64,000 nt of DNA from Squalus acanthias. Taxonomy: Eukaryota. Below, one piece after another: positions 12,075-26,500 of the stretch; within the stretch, counting starts at the first letter, position 1; the number at the start of each line of letters is the position of its first letter. The stretch is from positions 42,532,001 to 42,596,000 of the forward strand of contig CM059446.1 in the NCBI GenBank assembly GCA_030390025.1, in the 5' to 3' direction. The position numbers and the translations under genes are program-made. The notes beneath the pieces are model-generated. The model saw only the letters and a program-made list of their open reading frames with translations. It made no database searches and was not told the DNA's origin.

Positions 12075-12934
12075 GGACCTGGAATTTGTGGTTGTACCGA
12101 TGGCAAAACTGTCAGCGCTCACCGTCATTACTGTGTAAAACTGACAGCAACTTCTGGAGTACGCACGTGCGCATTAAACACGGAACTTAAGAAATAGGGG
12201 CAGGAGTAGGCCATTTGGCCCCTCGAGCCTACTCCGCCATTCAATAAGATCATGGCTGATCTGATCTTGGCCTCAACTCCACTTTCCTGCCCGCTCCCCA
12301 TACCCTTGACTGCCCTATAGTTATAATCCGGAAGTTGCTGTCAGTGATACTCTGCTCCTCCACAGGGTGCGCTGTTGCAGTCCTCGCAGATGCAATCAAC
12401 ACAGAATCAGTGATTTGACGTGAACTTCAACTTTTTACGCACTATTCTCGCTGTAAAAACCATTGAAAGAGTTCAGCCTTGTAGAATGAGGTGTAACTAA
12501 GTTTTTAATGGTGTACTAAAATCATAATTACTGCTGAACCACCTCTCTGGCCCTGAAATACCAATTTTATAAATGTGGACTGTTTTATAGTTTGTTGATA
12601 TTTCAGCTTCTACCTTAATCCCATGTCCCAATCTTTATTTCACTTTCGTAAAATGATTAAAAAGTGAATTATAATCTGTGCTTTTTACTACCTGGTTTGC
12701 TGTCTGAGAATTCTTCAATCTGATTGGCTGCTCAGCCTGCTTGGTGACTTCACTGATGTCAGATTCCCTATAGATGGTGCCAGATTGAAAATCACATCGG
12801 AGTGGGGGGGGGGGGGGGGGGGGGGGGGCGGGGGGGAAACGACGCTCTAGAACCCGCTAAATTTTTGTGAGCAGCTTTCTTCGAGGTCAGCGGCGAGCAC
12901 CATCCCTTCGCCGCTGACCGCAAAATCCAGGCCA
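12075..12934. mobile_element. Non-autonomous DNA transposon (MITE), interrupted by a CR1 3' end at ~12188-12322
   Basis: Imperfect TIRs ggacctggaatttgtggt / accgcaaaatccaggcc and an internal inverted repeat tgacagcaacttc / gaagttgctgtca. Superfamily uncertain, possibly PIF/Harbinger. Confidence 0.55.
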
Positions 12935-12951
12935 TTGTCACATTCCAGCAC

Positions 12952-13216
12952 TAGGGTTGCCAACTTTTGCTGGATGTTATCCTGAAGGTTTCATCACATG
13001 ATTTTATGCCTCCACTGCCCCGCCCAGTCAGTCAAAGACTTTTACCCCCAACCTCCAATATTTTTAAAATTAATAAACAAGTGTTCAAAGAAAATTTAAT
13101 AAAACATTGTTTTTAATGCTTCCGATTTTTCTCCCAGGTTGCTCACAGCAGTGTCTGGGAGATTAATCTTCAATGCCTGGAAGCTCCAGGGCAATCCTGG
13201 AGGATTGGCAACCTTC
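12952..13216. mobile_element. hAT-family MITE
   Basis: TIR TAGGGTTGCCAA / TTGGCAACCTTC and 8-bp TSD TCCAGCAC (12944-12951, 13217-13224). Confidence 0.8.
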
Positions 13217-13739
13217 TCCAGCACACAAACAACTTGCCTGACCATACCGCAACTGTTCCCTCATGTTTTTGCAGTTTTGCTCAGTTTCTGTATAAATGTA
13301 ATCTACAAAATGAATATGAAGTCTTAAAAAGTACATGAATGGGTCTGCAAAATGCATGCAAACATTTTGTGGTGTGTAGGAAGACAGAATTTTGTTTTCG
13401 TTGACTATTTTGAGTAATGATGATTGTGTGGTAAAGGGCCATAATGCATTCTGGGCACTTTACGTGGAACAATAGGTGGAAATAAACAAGTTTTGTTTGC
13501 TGTGGGTGTGTATGGGCATAGTTTACACTTGCTATTAGCTATGAGGAAATGATCGGCTTGGAATCTAACTGAGGTCAACACCTTTGCACGTTAAAATATT
13601 CCAGTAACAAAATTAACAGCATATACAAATTTTCAGACGGTCTTGTTGAAATGGTTATTTCTAGCTTCTTGACTCAGATATAAAATATAAATTCTGTTGT
13701 GTTGATGTGAGCAAAGTTCCTTGCTACTGTGGGCATAAC

Positions 13740-14485
13740 TAAATGCTAACGGGTACAATTTTAAAGGGGGTGCAAGAAGAGAGACCTGGTGGTGCCTGTG
13801 CACAAATTTTTGAAGGTGGCAGGACAGATTAACAAAGCAGTTAATAAAGCATATCCTGGGCTTTATAAATAGAGGCAGAGAGTACAAAAGCCAGAAGTTA
13901 TGCTAAACCTATATGAAACACTAGTTCGGCCCTAGCTGGGAGTAGTGTGTCCAATTCTGGGCACCACACTTTAGGAAGCATGTGAAGACTTTGGAGAGGA
14001 TACAGAAGAGATTTATTAGAATGGTTCAAGGAATGAGGGATTACAGTTACGTGGATAGACTGGAGAAGCTGGGGTTGTTCTCCTTGGAGTAGAGAAGGCT
14101 AAGAGGAGATTTGATAGGTGTTTATTTACACTATCTAAACCCTTAATAATTTTAAAGAGAAACTGTTTCCAATGGCTGAAGGGTCGATAACCAGAGGGCA
14201 CAGATTTAAGGTGATTGGCAAAAGAACCAGGAGGGGAAAAACTTTTTTTTTTTATAAACGCAACGAGTGGTTAGGATTTGGAATACACTGCTTGATAGGG
14301 TGGTGGATAGATTCAATAGTAGCTTTCAAAAGGGAATTGGATAAATACTCGAAGGAGAAAAAATTGCAGGGATATGGGAAAAGGGCAGGGGAGTGGGACT
14401 AACTCGATTGCTCTTCGAAAGAGCCGGCACAGACTCGATGGGCCGAATGGCCTCCTTCTGTGCTGTACTATTCTATGATTCTATG
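13740..14485 (+). mobile_element. CR1 LINE 3' fragment
   Basis: Encodes EGSITRGHRFKVIGKR...FKRELDKY, with a CR1 3' UTR and (TTCTATGA) tail. Confidence 0.85.
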
Positions 14486-17400
14486 GTGATACCCTATTAC
14501 CTGTATGAAGTGCCTTGGGATGTTTATTACATTAAAGCACAATAAGTTGTTTCAAACTATTGAAGCTTTTGGTAGTCCTTGGGGGGAAAAAAGAATTGGA
14601 GATTTTGACTTATACCCAAGTCCGCCAGTTACGGACCCGGAGTAATGATATTTTCTCAAGGTAAGCATTTCATTTTTGTAGCCTCCGAGTAAGATTGCCA
14701 AGCCAGTGACAGGTTTGTGATGCAGATCCACTGGACGAAGACTCCCAAACTTCATTTCATATGGAACCCACAGAGAGGATACCATCTGTGTGGGCTAGAA
14801 ATGCAGTATGCTAACCTAATTCTGCTAAACTTTTAAAAATAAAAATTGAATGTATTCTGCTTTGATTTTTCATTTCATTGAAATGATTGAGGGATTGATT
14901 CCATTGGTATTGAAAGCATGATTATCCTCCACTTACAAGGATGTTGATTCATCAGAAGCTGTTGCCCTCTAGAATGATCAGCTACAGAACCAAATCCTTA
15001 CCCAAACAGTGTTTCCACTGGATTTGTCCATGTGAGGATGAATGATGTCTAGAACAGGAGGTAGATTTGAATTATGACATACAATTACATTATAGGGAAA
15101 AACAGCTCAATATATGGGGACATACTTTCCAGACCAGAATGTAGTACAAAATTTTTTTATTGGTTTTTGAAACCATTTACAAAACTTCAACAATATCTGT
15201 GAGCACTTTCAATAAGAAAAAAAAACTAAGCTGAAATGCTATTCCAACATTATTGCACTACTGATTTTTCCAGCAGTACAACAGACAAACACCATTAAAA
15301 AAAACAGATTCTACACTAAATAAAATTGTGGTACAGGCAAGCATTACCTTGTGATGTAGTAAGGAGTTGGGATTTGCTGTTGTTTGTAGCTTCACTTGAT
15401 GGGCATTAGTTATGACTGCTGAAACCAGTTCCTTCTCATCAGCTCATATTCATTAACGGCAATTACTTTGCAAAAATATATGTATAGCAAATTACTGTAG
15501 GAACTTCTTCCACAATAGTTTACCAAATACTAATTCTCAAAATCAACTGAACAAAATTGAAAACTGAACATATTCAACAATGTTTCTAAGGTGAATTAGT
15601 AAACTTCAAAAAGGTACATAACGTGTAATGTGTATAACTGTGCATCCCTGGCCATTAAAGAACCAGATTCACTTCAGCAAAAAGTGGTTACAGGAATATA
15701 CCTAGCACTGTACAATATAATTCAACAACACACATGCACACTTGTGATCATTTATTAACATGGTGAAGCAAATTGAACTTTAAATTTTCATCCTGTTTTA
15801 ATATTCTCATACAAGAGAATCAAGTAAAACAATTATCTCATTGAGATCAATGTACATTGCTACATAAAACAATCAAGATCTGTCATTTTGCAGATGACAT
15901 TTCACTTTTTTGTATATTGACTCATTTCCTAAAATCTTATCAAATTAAATCTTTGTTGCCTGTAACGATTACCATTTGTCCTAAGAGATGTGCCAGGCCA
16001 GAGACTCCCTTTAAGCATCTAGTGCAAAAGATAAACATCAAAACGTCCACTGAACACAGAATTGAATATGAACATCTATTTTAAAATGCATCTCCAATTA
16101 TACTTAAGGTGCAAACATATGTCTGACACTTTTGCTGCAACGTTTTATTATGCAGTGTTAAGTTCAGCACTGATTCAGCTTGACCAAGCAAATTCAGCAT
16201 GTGCTCCATTGACCAGTTCTGGTCTACTAGACCACAACTGTCAACTACTCTGCGAATCAGTCATCTGTGAAGCGTTAAAAATTGACGCTGCTACTAAAAC
16301 AATGAATCAGAATAGAATTTGTTCATCCACAAGTTATCCTGAAAGGACCCAACTTATGGGAGGTTACCGAAATTATTATTATTTTTTTTTTTTTAGTGCT
16401 GCCTCGTGTACTCATTAGAAAAAAAGGATTATCTTAAAAAAACACAATTACAAGACAGTTACAGAAAATTAGAATTTAAGATTTCAAAAGTTTTTAATGG
16501 GTCAATATTATGAACCTTTCAATTGACCCATTAGCTAAAACACACACACACACACAAAACAACTGCTACAGTTTCCGAGAAAACATTTAAAATCTCTTAA
16601 AAACGGAACAGAATTAAAATCAAACATTGTGGTGCAGAGTCTGGTACTGCATGTAATCCCTCCCTCTAACCACCTATACAGTGCATTACCTTCAAAGCCC
16701 AATCATCAACTAGATTAACGCGTTAATCAAAATAAAGGATTTCTTCCTTTTATTATGGTAGATCTCGATGTCAATTCTAACAGAATGCACTGGCCATTTC
16801 AAGTCCTTTGACCACTGGGCCCAGCAGCAATGCTAATTTCTCCTGGCTGTTTAGCCTGTTACTTCAAATACCAACTTTAGAAAAGCATACTGCATGTGCT
16901 AGGATAAATTTGTTTCTCCTCCAAAATATTTTTTAAAAATTAAACACTTCTCAACATAACCAAAAGAAGTGACAGTAGTCATCTTTTAGTATCAAATTAC
17001 CAAGTTACCCCAAGATAAAAAGCAAACTTAATTTTATCAAATGTTATCAGCCTTTATATACTGAACTGTCAATCATGAGGTTCTGACCAGAGACATAAGC
17101 TGCACTGGGCTGGAACTTCTCTCCCAATTAACTAGTGAGAATGTCAAAAGATGTACAGAAGGCTTTTTTCTATTATTGAGTGAAAATGACTGATGGGTTA
17201 ACTGTATAGAAAGAAAAAAAATATTTATCTGACATAGCAATAAGCAAGATTTCCACTATTCTATTAGAAACTCTTTAGTCTCTTGGACAAGAAAAGGTAT
17301 TTTGCATATATTCATGAGAGGCCTGTTCTTATCTTGAGGTGTGAACCATTATGGAAACTTCATTCTTCCTAAAATTGTCTGTAAATTGGTTAACTGGTTA

Positions 17401-17517
17401 CTGATCATATTCCTTTACATAGGAAATAAATTTATCAATAGATTTTTTAGACACCTTAGTAAAATTAGAGCCTAGAAATGGCTGTGTGCAGTACTAGCAT
17501 ACAAATACTTAAATGTA

Positions 17518-17873
17518 CAGGGAACTCTCGTTTAAACGGCACCTAAATATCCGGAATTCTCTAATAACCGGCAGAATTCATACTCCGAAAACTACAGTAT
17601 ACAGTCGTTTTAAGTTTTGTTTTACTGTTAAGTAATTAAAGAGTTATGGATTACCCTCAACTGGCATTACTGTACTTAATCAAGCATCTTCCACCATCCA
17701 TTTAACACAACATTCTGCAGGGGAATACCCAATTATACTGCGCATTTCTTGATTTTTTTAAATTTTTGTTTGTTAAAAATAGCCTCGGTAGATATACCTC
17801 TCCGTTATCCGGAATTTTTAATCAACCGGCACCATCCCGGTCCCGTCGGTGCCGGATATGAAAGAGTTTCCTG
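17518..17873. mobile_element. Tc1/mariner Tigger-like MITE
   Basis: TA|CAGGGAACTCTC ... AAGAGTTTCCTG|TA. The interior is the reverse complement of part of 36811-37377. Confidence 0.85.
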
Positions 17874-20864
17874 TATTTGTACGACATTCCAGTCGGCTGT
17901 TTTAGTTGAAATGTCAGAGGAATGTCATATAGAGAAGTTCAGTGCTCAGACACTAATATCACAAACAGTAATTTATAGGCTTAGGTTTTTTGTATATATT
18001 AGTGAAATTTTAATCTAGAAATTGTTGTGATATTAGTGTGTGAATGTTTAATGCATTCATACATCATTCCTCTATCCATCGTTCAACTCTCATTAAGATG
18101 AAACTAACAGCAGAGCTAAAACAACTATTGTTGACCAATGCGATGTAATTAGTAACAATTTTGAAATCCATAGCCTAAACCACCCAGCTGAAAGATGGGC
18201 AATCTGGAGGCTGAGGAAAGGTGACAAAAATAAGTACTAGTCTTCTAAGAGGTAGAAAATACCCACATATTTTAAACAAAAAACTGAAAAGCTAACAGCC
18301 TAGAAACACTGGGTAGTGCAGACAGAAGAATTCACAAACAGGTAACAGAAAGTAACGTGAGAAAAATATGATGATCCAGTGAGAGCAAGAATAAGCCATG
18401 GTTTGTTCTTAGAAATAAACAATTTCCTGAAATTTGGTATGTGTGTTTAAATGCTTTATATAAGAACGGTTAAATTTAAGTTTTTTTTGTTCAAGTCCAT
18501 TATTGTAAAGATGAATTAACATCGACAAAACCTTTAAATTATGCTCTTTTTCCCTTCAGTTAAAAATAATGTGGTTAAAATATAAACATTTCAGATTCTG
18601 CATTTGACCAATGCAATGTAATTAGTAATAATTTTGAAGTCCATAGCCTAGTCCATCAAGCAGTCGACTGCAGATATGTACCCAAATTCTAAAGATCCTT
18701 GTTCTCAGCCTTGCTGTTAGTGGATTAAGAAAGTAAAAATATGATGCCACCTTGCCTGCCTTCTTCCTTGGTTGGAGAAGGATATCTGGGGAGGGAGGAG
18801 GCAAAGATGATACACAATGATAGGAAAGCAAAAAATGAATTTTAAAAAATATTTATAAAAGTCAATCACTAACTTTAATTGGTTAAATATATATTTTGTT
18901 GATTCATGATTCCAAAGTACAGAGTTGAAGCTATAGCTTCAGAAATGAACAGGTCTTGTGCACAGAACTGTTTGTTCAAATTATTAGAAATGTAATTTAT
19001 TAAATCTCGCAAAAGACAAAATATGAAAAACAGAAAGGATTAAGACTCCTGTACTACACATGTCTATTCCTGCAAACTAGTTTTCCCAGTTTCTATATGG
19101 AGTTTCGAAATGCAATGCAAGGATGACAGTTCTCCACTGGTCATTATTTCTGACGTCTGTAGTCACACTCTTCATGATTGACAATTTAACACGCATTAAT
19201 CATAATAACTGAATCAGAACTGGCAAATTGTTTTTAAAATTACTGTTTGAGAAGTATTGGTTAAAAGAAACAGGAGGAACACACCTTTCATTTCATCATC
19301 ACACACAACCCAGTTGTTTCAAGCGAGATTGGGAAAAGATAATCAATGGCCAAAAGAAATTTAATTTCATGATAATACTAACTATAACTGCACTTTGACT
19401 TTGAGGTAAACAGATAAATTCCACTGCAAGCCTAGATATTATCTAGTATCACAGACTGTCATCTTCATCAAGTATTTAATTTTTCCCTTAAAGTTTATGT
19501 AGGCAGACAAAATTCAGTTTATGCTGTCTTTGACTCATTAAGAATTTTGGAATTAAAGACTGCATTTTGAAGATTTGTTATAAATCAGAACGGAGTGATC
19601 AGCTGCTCAGATGGCTTCACTTGGAACAGAAACACTGAATTAGCAATGAATAAAAAAATTAAAAGTAGATTAAAATAGAGCACCATCTTGTGGGCACACA
19701 CGTGCATAAATCCAATGGTAAAATAGCTCAAATAGAGATCCACAGCACAAGCTCTTGTTTCAAAGTTGATTTTTTTTTTAAAATACTACAATTTGTTTTT
19801 CTATATACCCATTTTTCATAAATTTTGGATGGCTAAAATTTGCTGTTAAAAAGGATGTGTGTGTTTATAAGCATTAGTTTTACTGCTCACTGCTAATTGT
19901 AGAGATGATGTTTGGAATTCCATGTGCCCCCAAATTAAGATCTGAGGGGTAAAAAAAAGTTTAAAACTACAAGAAAATTTGGTGCCACATACCAGCAATC
20001 CTGTAGAATTCAAAATTTCAGCTTGTGCACAATTGACATTTTATGCATATGGTTCAATTGTGATTAGGATCCAAATTTATACCAGATTTGTTCTTATTTG
20101 TTTCCCAATTCTTATTTTCATCATTATACATACATTTAGTCAGAACAGTTATTGTGGAAGGTGAATTTCTTCACCACCTTAGTTATGCACGTCAGGTAGC
20201 AAAATGGTTCTCTATAACCCACTACATCACAGGGGTATGGAGCAAGCACCTTATCGCAGTACAAATAGGCCACCGTAGAATCAATAAAATTCAGATAAAG
20301 GAAATTTTCCAAAATTGCTCTAGAAAGGTACTGGGAAACATGACAGTTCCAGGTGGTTCATAAAGTCTTGGTTCAGTAGCAAAATTTGGTAAAATTATGT
20401 GAAAATGATTATTACAGTAAATCATTAAGATTTATACAAGTATTTGTTACAAACCACTGGAGATGTCCCAGTAACATTACACTTCTGAAATATCTCAGTT
20501 CAGTAAAGCTAGAATTCTGGCAAAGTGGTCTTTTTACAAGTACTTTTTCAAAATTCACATCTTTTCTTGGATGTTTTACAGACTTTATATGTGGAAAAAA
20601 GCTATTTTATCAGTATGTTTTTTTGAATTTAATTTTAGTTTGTTGACCATTTCTGTTCAAAAATATGCTTAACAATTGATTCAGGTGACCAATAATCTAT
20701 ATATTATTAGGAGATATACATCATTAAACAGACTGTTTGCAATAATTAAAGACTGGGATAAAATTACAGAAATTTACTATACATTGACAGTTATAGAATT
20801 TTGTTATTTTCTTTACCTTTCTGATTTTCTCCCCCTTATCCCACTTCTCTTTAAAGGTGGTGAC

Positions 20865-21017
20865 CAATGTTCCTTGTGAGCTGCGCTTTGTTCTGCGCGG
20901 CCTGTTTCTTTTAATGCGCGGTCCCTTTAAATTTCTGCGCATGCGCGGTATTTACAACGTAAAAGCCGGTGAGCGGCCTGCGCGGCCGCATGCACATGCA
21001 CCTTAACGGGAACATTG
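20865..21017. mobile_element. hAT MITE (153 bp)
   Basis: TIR CAATGTTCC / GGAACATTG, perfect 8-bp TSD GTGGTGAC (20857-20864, 21018-21025), CpG-rich interior. Confidence 0.85.
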
Positions 21018-23560
21018 GTGGTGACTTGTACTAGGTTACAGTTCCATAGTGCACTGAAGCCCTCTGGTTATCTTAACCAAATGAGCATTCTTCAGGTGAG
21101 AGCTTGGAGTCAGGTGGGTTGTTCAACTGTGGGGCTTGTCAGTCAAGCTCAATCCTCTCTTTTCTTGTAGTATTCTTAAATCTACAAGTTCCAGTGATTG
21201 CTCAGTGGATAAATGCACCACAAGATGTGGTACAGAACTTTACAAATCAAAAAGGTTTTATGTTCAAATTAGCAATTTGTGCTGAATCAGCCACTCTCAG
21301 TTAAGATGGAGAGAAGGGGAATATTGAAATATACATATGTACTTTCAGCAGAAGTCAGTGATAGCAATCTGCAGTCAGAACCCTGTCTGATTTTCCACTC
21401 CACCCACAAAAGCATAGAATTTTACATCACCTGAAGCCATTCTGCCCGTCTTGCCTGTGTCAGCTCACTGAAAGAGCTATCCACACAGCCCCATTTCCCT
21501 ACCTTTCCCCACTCCCTTCCAAATTTTTCTTAGACAATTATTTCTCCACTTCCCTTTTAAAAACTATTCTGGATTCTCTTTGCACCACTGTTTCTGATAG
21601 GGTATTCCAAGCCCCACATAGAATTACATAGAAATTACAATACGGAAACAGGCCATCATCCCAACCTGTCTGAATTGTTAGGATCACACTGTGTGTCGCA
21701 TTTACCCGCTAAGCAATCAGGGAAGATTTTAATAAAGATACATACTCCAGGGAGAAATAAAGTATGTAAATTATACCAGGGCATAGTTAAAATCAATTCC
21801 AATTTGTTAGATTAAAAATGAATATTAACCTTATTTGATCTTAAAGAAATGTAATCCTTTTAGGAAGAAGTTTGAGTTTATCCACCAACAATCCTCCGTC
21901 ATATCCTTTAACCCACTGCCTGTTGCGTTGTGGAGTGCTGTATGATACTGCCCAGGAAAATATTATTCCATCCTTCTAGTGGCGTATTCTGGGATGAATA
22001 AATAAGCTATTTCTTAGATTGCTTCGCATTTGAATGCTTTAACAAAAAATATCCAAACCTTTATCACAGAAGTACTTTTTTGAATCTAAAGCCAGACATT
22101 TTGATATATTTCCCTCTCTTTAGGGAAAGCGATTAAAATCAACTTCTAGTAAAGGAATTTAAATTTAAAAGATATATTACAGGATATTTTTTATATAACA
22201 AAGAAATATGGGTGTAGTATTGATTTTTTGCCATTAGAGGTAGCCACTGATTCTCCTAAATACTATACTCTCTTTTAGGAAGGTTACGAGGGGTTTAAGT
22301 CCCACTGTCCACTATTTTTAGTGCGCTGGTTAATAGGTTCATGTTCAGTTCCAGTCTGCACTATTTTAACACAGTTGTTAACCTGCTTAAAATAAATGGG
22401 TTAACACTCCTGTTAAAATACTGCAGAGGAATTTAGCACGTACAAGTTCACCGGTGCAATAAAAATAGTGCACAAGGGATAAAACAGCTAGTGGAATAAT
22501 ATACGACTGCGCATACATTACCAAATCACTATGCATGAGGTGCTGATGCCTCCACGTTAAAAGACAAACATTACATTGCTGACAATTGAAAAGAAGTGTA
22601 TCTGACTTAATTGTCACATAACTCTCTAAATGTCAAAGGCAGATATCTGCACTCTTTACCGCAGTTTCTCAGTGTTTCCCAGTTATTGTTTTATCCTTTA
22701 AAACCAGTTACAGGCAACCTGGAATTTTGTGGAAAACATCGGATATTTGAGTGATATCATGAATGAGGAGTGCAGCCCACAGTTCCCACTCATGTCACTG
22801 GAGAGCTGCTTCAGTTTTCTACATAATGCTTATTTCCAGATGGCTCCAATGAGTAGTATTAAGCAGAGAACAAAATAACGAAGGGTGACCGAGATACACC
22901 AGTAGGTGCATAAATATTGCCTCTTATAACAGAGTTATGGAAAATTCAGTAGAAACACTTAGTAAATTGGACGCATTAACTTAATGTGCAGCCAACAAGA
23001 TCTGCATTCGCAGTAACTAGTTTTTTTTTTAAAAAGCCAGTGATGCAGGATGGAGGCCTAGGATTTTATCTTAAAAGACCCTGGGCTGAAATTATAGTCA
23101 ACTAAATCATATGGTTGATGTTAAAGAAGTTAGGAGGGCAATGAGTGAAAGTGATTCTGTACACGAGATAAAAATTGACCTAAACTGAGCAGGATTTTAT
23201 CTCACACTGTTGATCTTAAAAAGGCTCGAACTGAATTTACATTTTACTGCAGCAATCTCTACCTACTGACAGACAGCCCAGCTTGTAAATGAACCTAATT
23301 CCATAAATGGACAACATACACACACATTTGCTTATATTTGCGGTAAACCATGCAGGATGATGTCAAATACTGGCACCTAAAATGAAAGAATTTTGGACAC
23401 AAGATTAATGAAACTTAAGTATGCAGAGCAGTTAGTTTTCTCCTGGAACACACTTGTTCAGGAACAAATGTTTCTCTAAAGGCAGGCACATCTGTTAGGC
23501 CAAATATGATGTGTCAGAAAATGAAATTTGTGTGCTATATATTTAACAGTACTCTTTGAT

Positions 23561-26500
23561 TTAACCTAACATTTCAACTGTAGGATGATCTTTACTTTCC
23601 ATCCAGTCAAAACCTGAAGACTGCATGGAGTTCATGGATTCATTACAGATTTGCTGGAACACTGCATCATCATTCAGTTCCTCCAGTGTAGTATCAACAT
23701 CTTGTCCCTGTTGTTTACTCGGGTCAAACAGCAGATTTGTATCTAAAGTGCTCAGATCGTTTATGCTGCCTGAAAGATCAGAGGATAACCTGAGATCACT
23801 GGAGAAATCAGAGGCAACATTATTAAGATCTGACGGTACTTGACCAACCACTTGCTGGTTTGGCTGTAGGCTGTCTTCAGCCAGAAAGTCTTTGACTGTA
23901 TTGTTGAAATCCAATGATTGCTCTCTGGTTTCTGTTTGTGCTTGATTATCCTCAGAAATATAACCCATCTGATCATTATTGATGTGTTTTGTGAGGTAAC
24001 TAGGCTTCTGGAATTCAAAGACAGAAGAGCTTGAATTAATCATTGGTTGCTGGTTGGCACTACCAAAACTAGATGTCGTCTCCAATATCTGAGTAAGATT
24101 CATTCTTGCTGTATAATTGGAGGGCAAGTTGTTTATTCCTAGACCTCTTACTGCATCATCACTGTCTGAATCAAGTTTGCTTAACAACACATTTGTAATT
24201 TTCTTAGTGTTGGTTTGCTTCTGGTAAGATGGGAAAGGAGTCTGCATCATAACAGACAAAGGGACAGATTGGCTTCGTTGAGCCATACTGTTGGCACTGT
24301 TATTTGAAAGATTGTTAACAAAGGTGTTGTGAACCTCAGGTGTTACTGGGCTTCCAAAAGATGCCAAACTTGTCCTTGGCAGGTTAATCACTGGACCTAG
24401 AGTACTTCCACTAAGATTACGTTGACGATGAACAGCAGGACTGACACTGCGACACCTAAAATTATTGATTAATGAATGTATTCCTTTGTTGTCAAGAGGT
24501 GCTGGAACTGCAAAGCCCTCCTGCTTATTGCCATTAGCCATAGAAGCTCCCTGGTGTGATACAGGTGAAACTGGAGTCAAACGACCCAACTGAACATCAT
24601 GATGTCGAGACTGTAACTGCATGGCATTATGGTGATATGACTGCATCGTTTGTCCAGGAACAGCAAAGGCATGTGGTTTTCTAAAGTGGTCCTCAGCCAG
24701 TTCCTGATAACTGGGAAGAATACCAACACCACTGCTGGAAACTGCAGAGTTGCTTACTCCAGTGTTGTATCCATTATTCATCCATTCAATTTTTGTTTTG
24801 TCTGGGTGAGTGGCCATAGGCCTCTGCATTGGTTTAACAGGGCTGCTGGAAATGACACTAGCATCCTGGTATGTCATGCTGGAGCTTATTGGAGTAAAAG
24901 CAAAAGGGTTCCTGCATTCAACAGGGCTAGGAGGCACACTACTACTACAGTTCGAATGAGGAGTGCCAATTGGTGTATGTCTGCTGCTGCCAAGAGCGCT
25001 ATCTACAGGTGTTGTTTGAGCCATTCTGGAACTAGGACTTGAACAAGTTTGAGAGCCAATCATTTCTGATGTAGGTGTTGGATTGGGTGTAGGAGTTGGC
25101 GTTGGTGTAGGAGTTGGGGTTGGAGTGCCACTGCTATGGATTGGATGATAGAATTGTCCAGCTTGATGAGATGACATCAGTGTGCCATGACCTACTGTGG
25201 AATGACTATGAGTAGGTATTCCCAAACCAGTTCCATAACCAACATTCAGGGACATTTGCTCTTCAAATAATACTAATTCTTCTACAATACTGTCCTGTGT
25301 GAGATCTTCATCAAATTGAAAGTAGTTTTCATTGGTTTGTGAACCTGAAGGTGTGAGCTCCATCAAATTATCCTGCAGAGGTAACTGGTTTGACGACTGT
25401 GCTTGATTTAGTCCTTGCAGCTGAACTGAAGTAGAACCTTGTAGCTGGTTCTGAGCCTGCATTTGCTGATCATAAGACTGCTGATCCAACCCATTACATT
25501 GTACTGGCTCCCACGCAGACACTTGAAAATCAATGGTCCCCGAATTCCCAATCATATTAGCATTTATAACTTGCTGCCTTTCTGTGTCAGTCAAAAAACA
25601 CTGGTGATTCTTTTTGATATGCTGGATGTCAGTATGATTAGCGATCAGTTTTGTACTTGTGTTTCCTTGCAAACTGAATGAACCCATTTCCAAATCTGTA
25701 GTTTTGTTTTCCCGAAAGGTAGACGTTTGTTCTGCAGCAGTCTGAAGGCAATCCAGGGTTACTATTTGAATATCGGATGAAGGGTTTGCTAATATACGGG
25801 TTATTCCTGTTGTATTCAGTTTAACAGTAACTGTACTGGGTGCCTGAATCATTGCTGGTGTGTTTTCACTTTTTACTAGTAAAGCTGCAGATGGTTTTGG
25901 AGATGTCATTACTGCAGTGCCCTGGCAGGCCTTCTGATGTTCTGCACTACCTGAAGTATGTTCTAAAAGCATAGCTTTCTTCACAGGAGGCACCTGTGGT
26001 TCAAATGCTGAATTAGAGGGAGAACGTTTTCTTGGACTTTTTGGGCACATCCCATTGTCTTTATGAGACCTGGCAGTATCAGTAATGGATTTTGAATTAA
26101 TGCTGGTGCTAGTGAAATTTGAAGCGGAGGAAATAGAAAAAGCATTTTGATTATTTCCCACGATTGAAAAGGCCAGATTTTCACTGTGTACAAACTTGCC
26201 TTCATTTTTGGTCTTTTTTCCTTCCGTTTTCTGACCATTACAGACTTTTGCTGTCTTCTCATTAGCTGTTTTCCCATTTGATATCTTCACTTTTGTGCTA
26301 GCTTCACTATTACTTTTCTGTCCACATGGAGAGGAACCAACAGTTCTTCTAGGATCCTTCAAGCGACTTGAATGATCTTGGCACAGAGTCTGCTTTTCAT
26401 CACTTGATATTGCTTCATGTTCAGACTTGATGACCTCAGCAGTAGGTGTAGTTGTGGCACTACTTGTTCTGGATCCTCCAGCAGGAAGGCAAGAAGTTGC

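Larger units (their letters stand above)
15140..23560 (-). other. RFX7: Probable RFX7 3' UTR (extent inferred)
   Basis: AT-rich, LINE-poor stretch after the stop codon. Minus-strand AATAAA at 15756-15751 is followed by GU-rich TGTGTGTTGTTG, and there is another AATAAA at 15161-15156. Confidence 0.45.
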
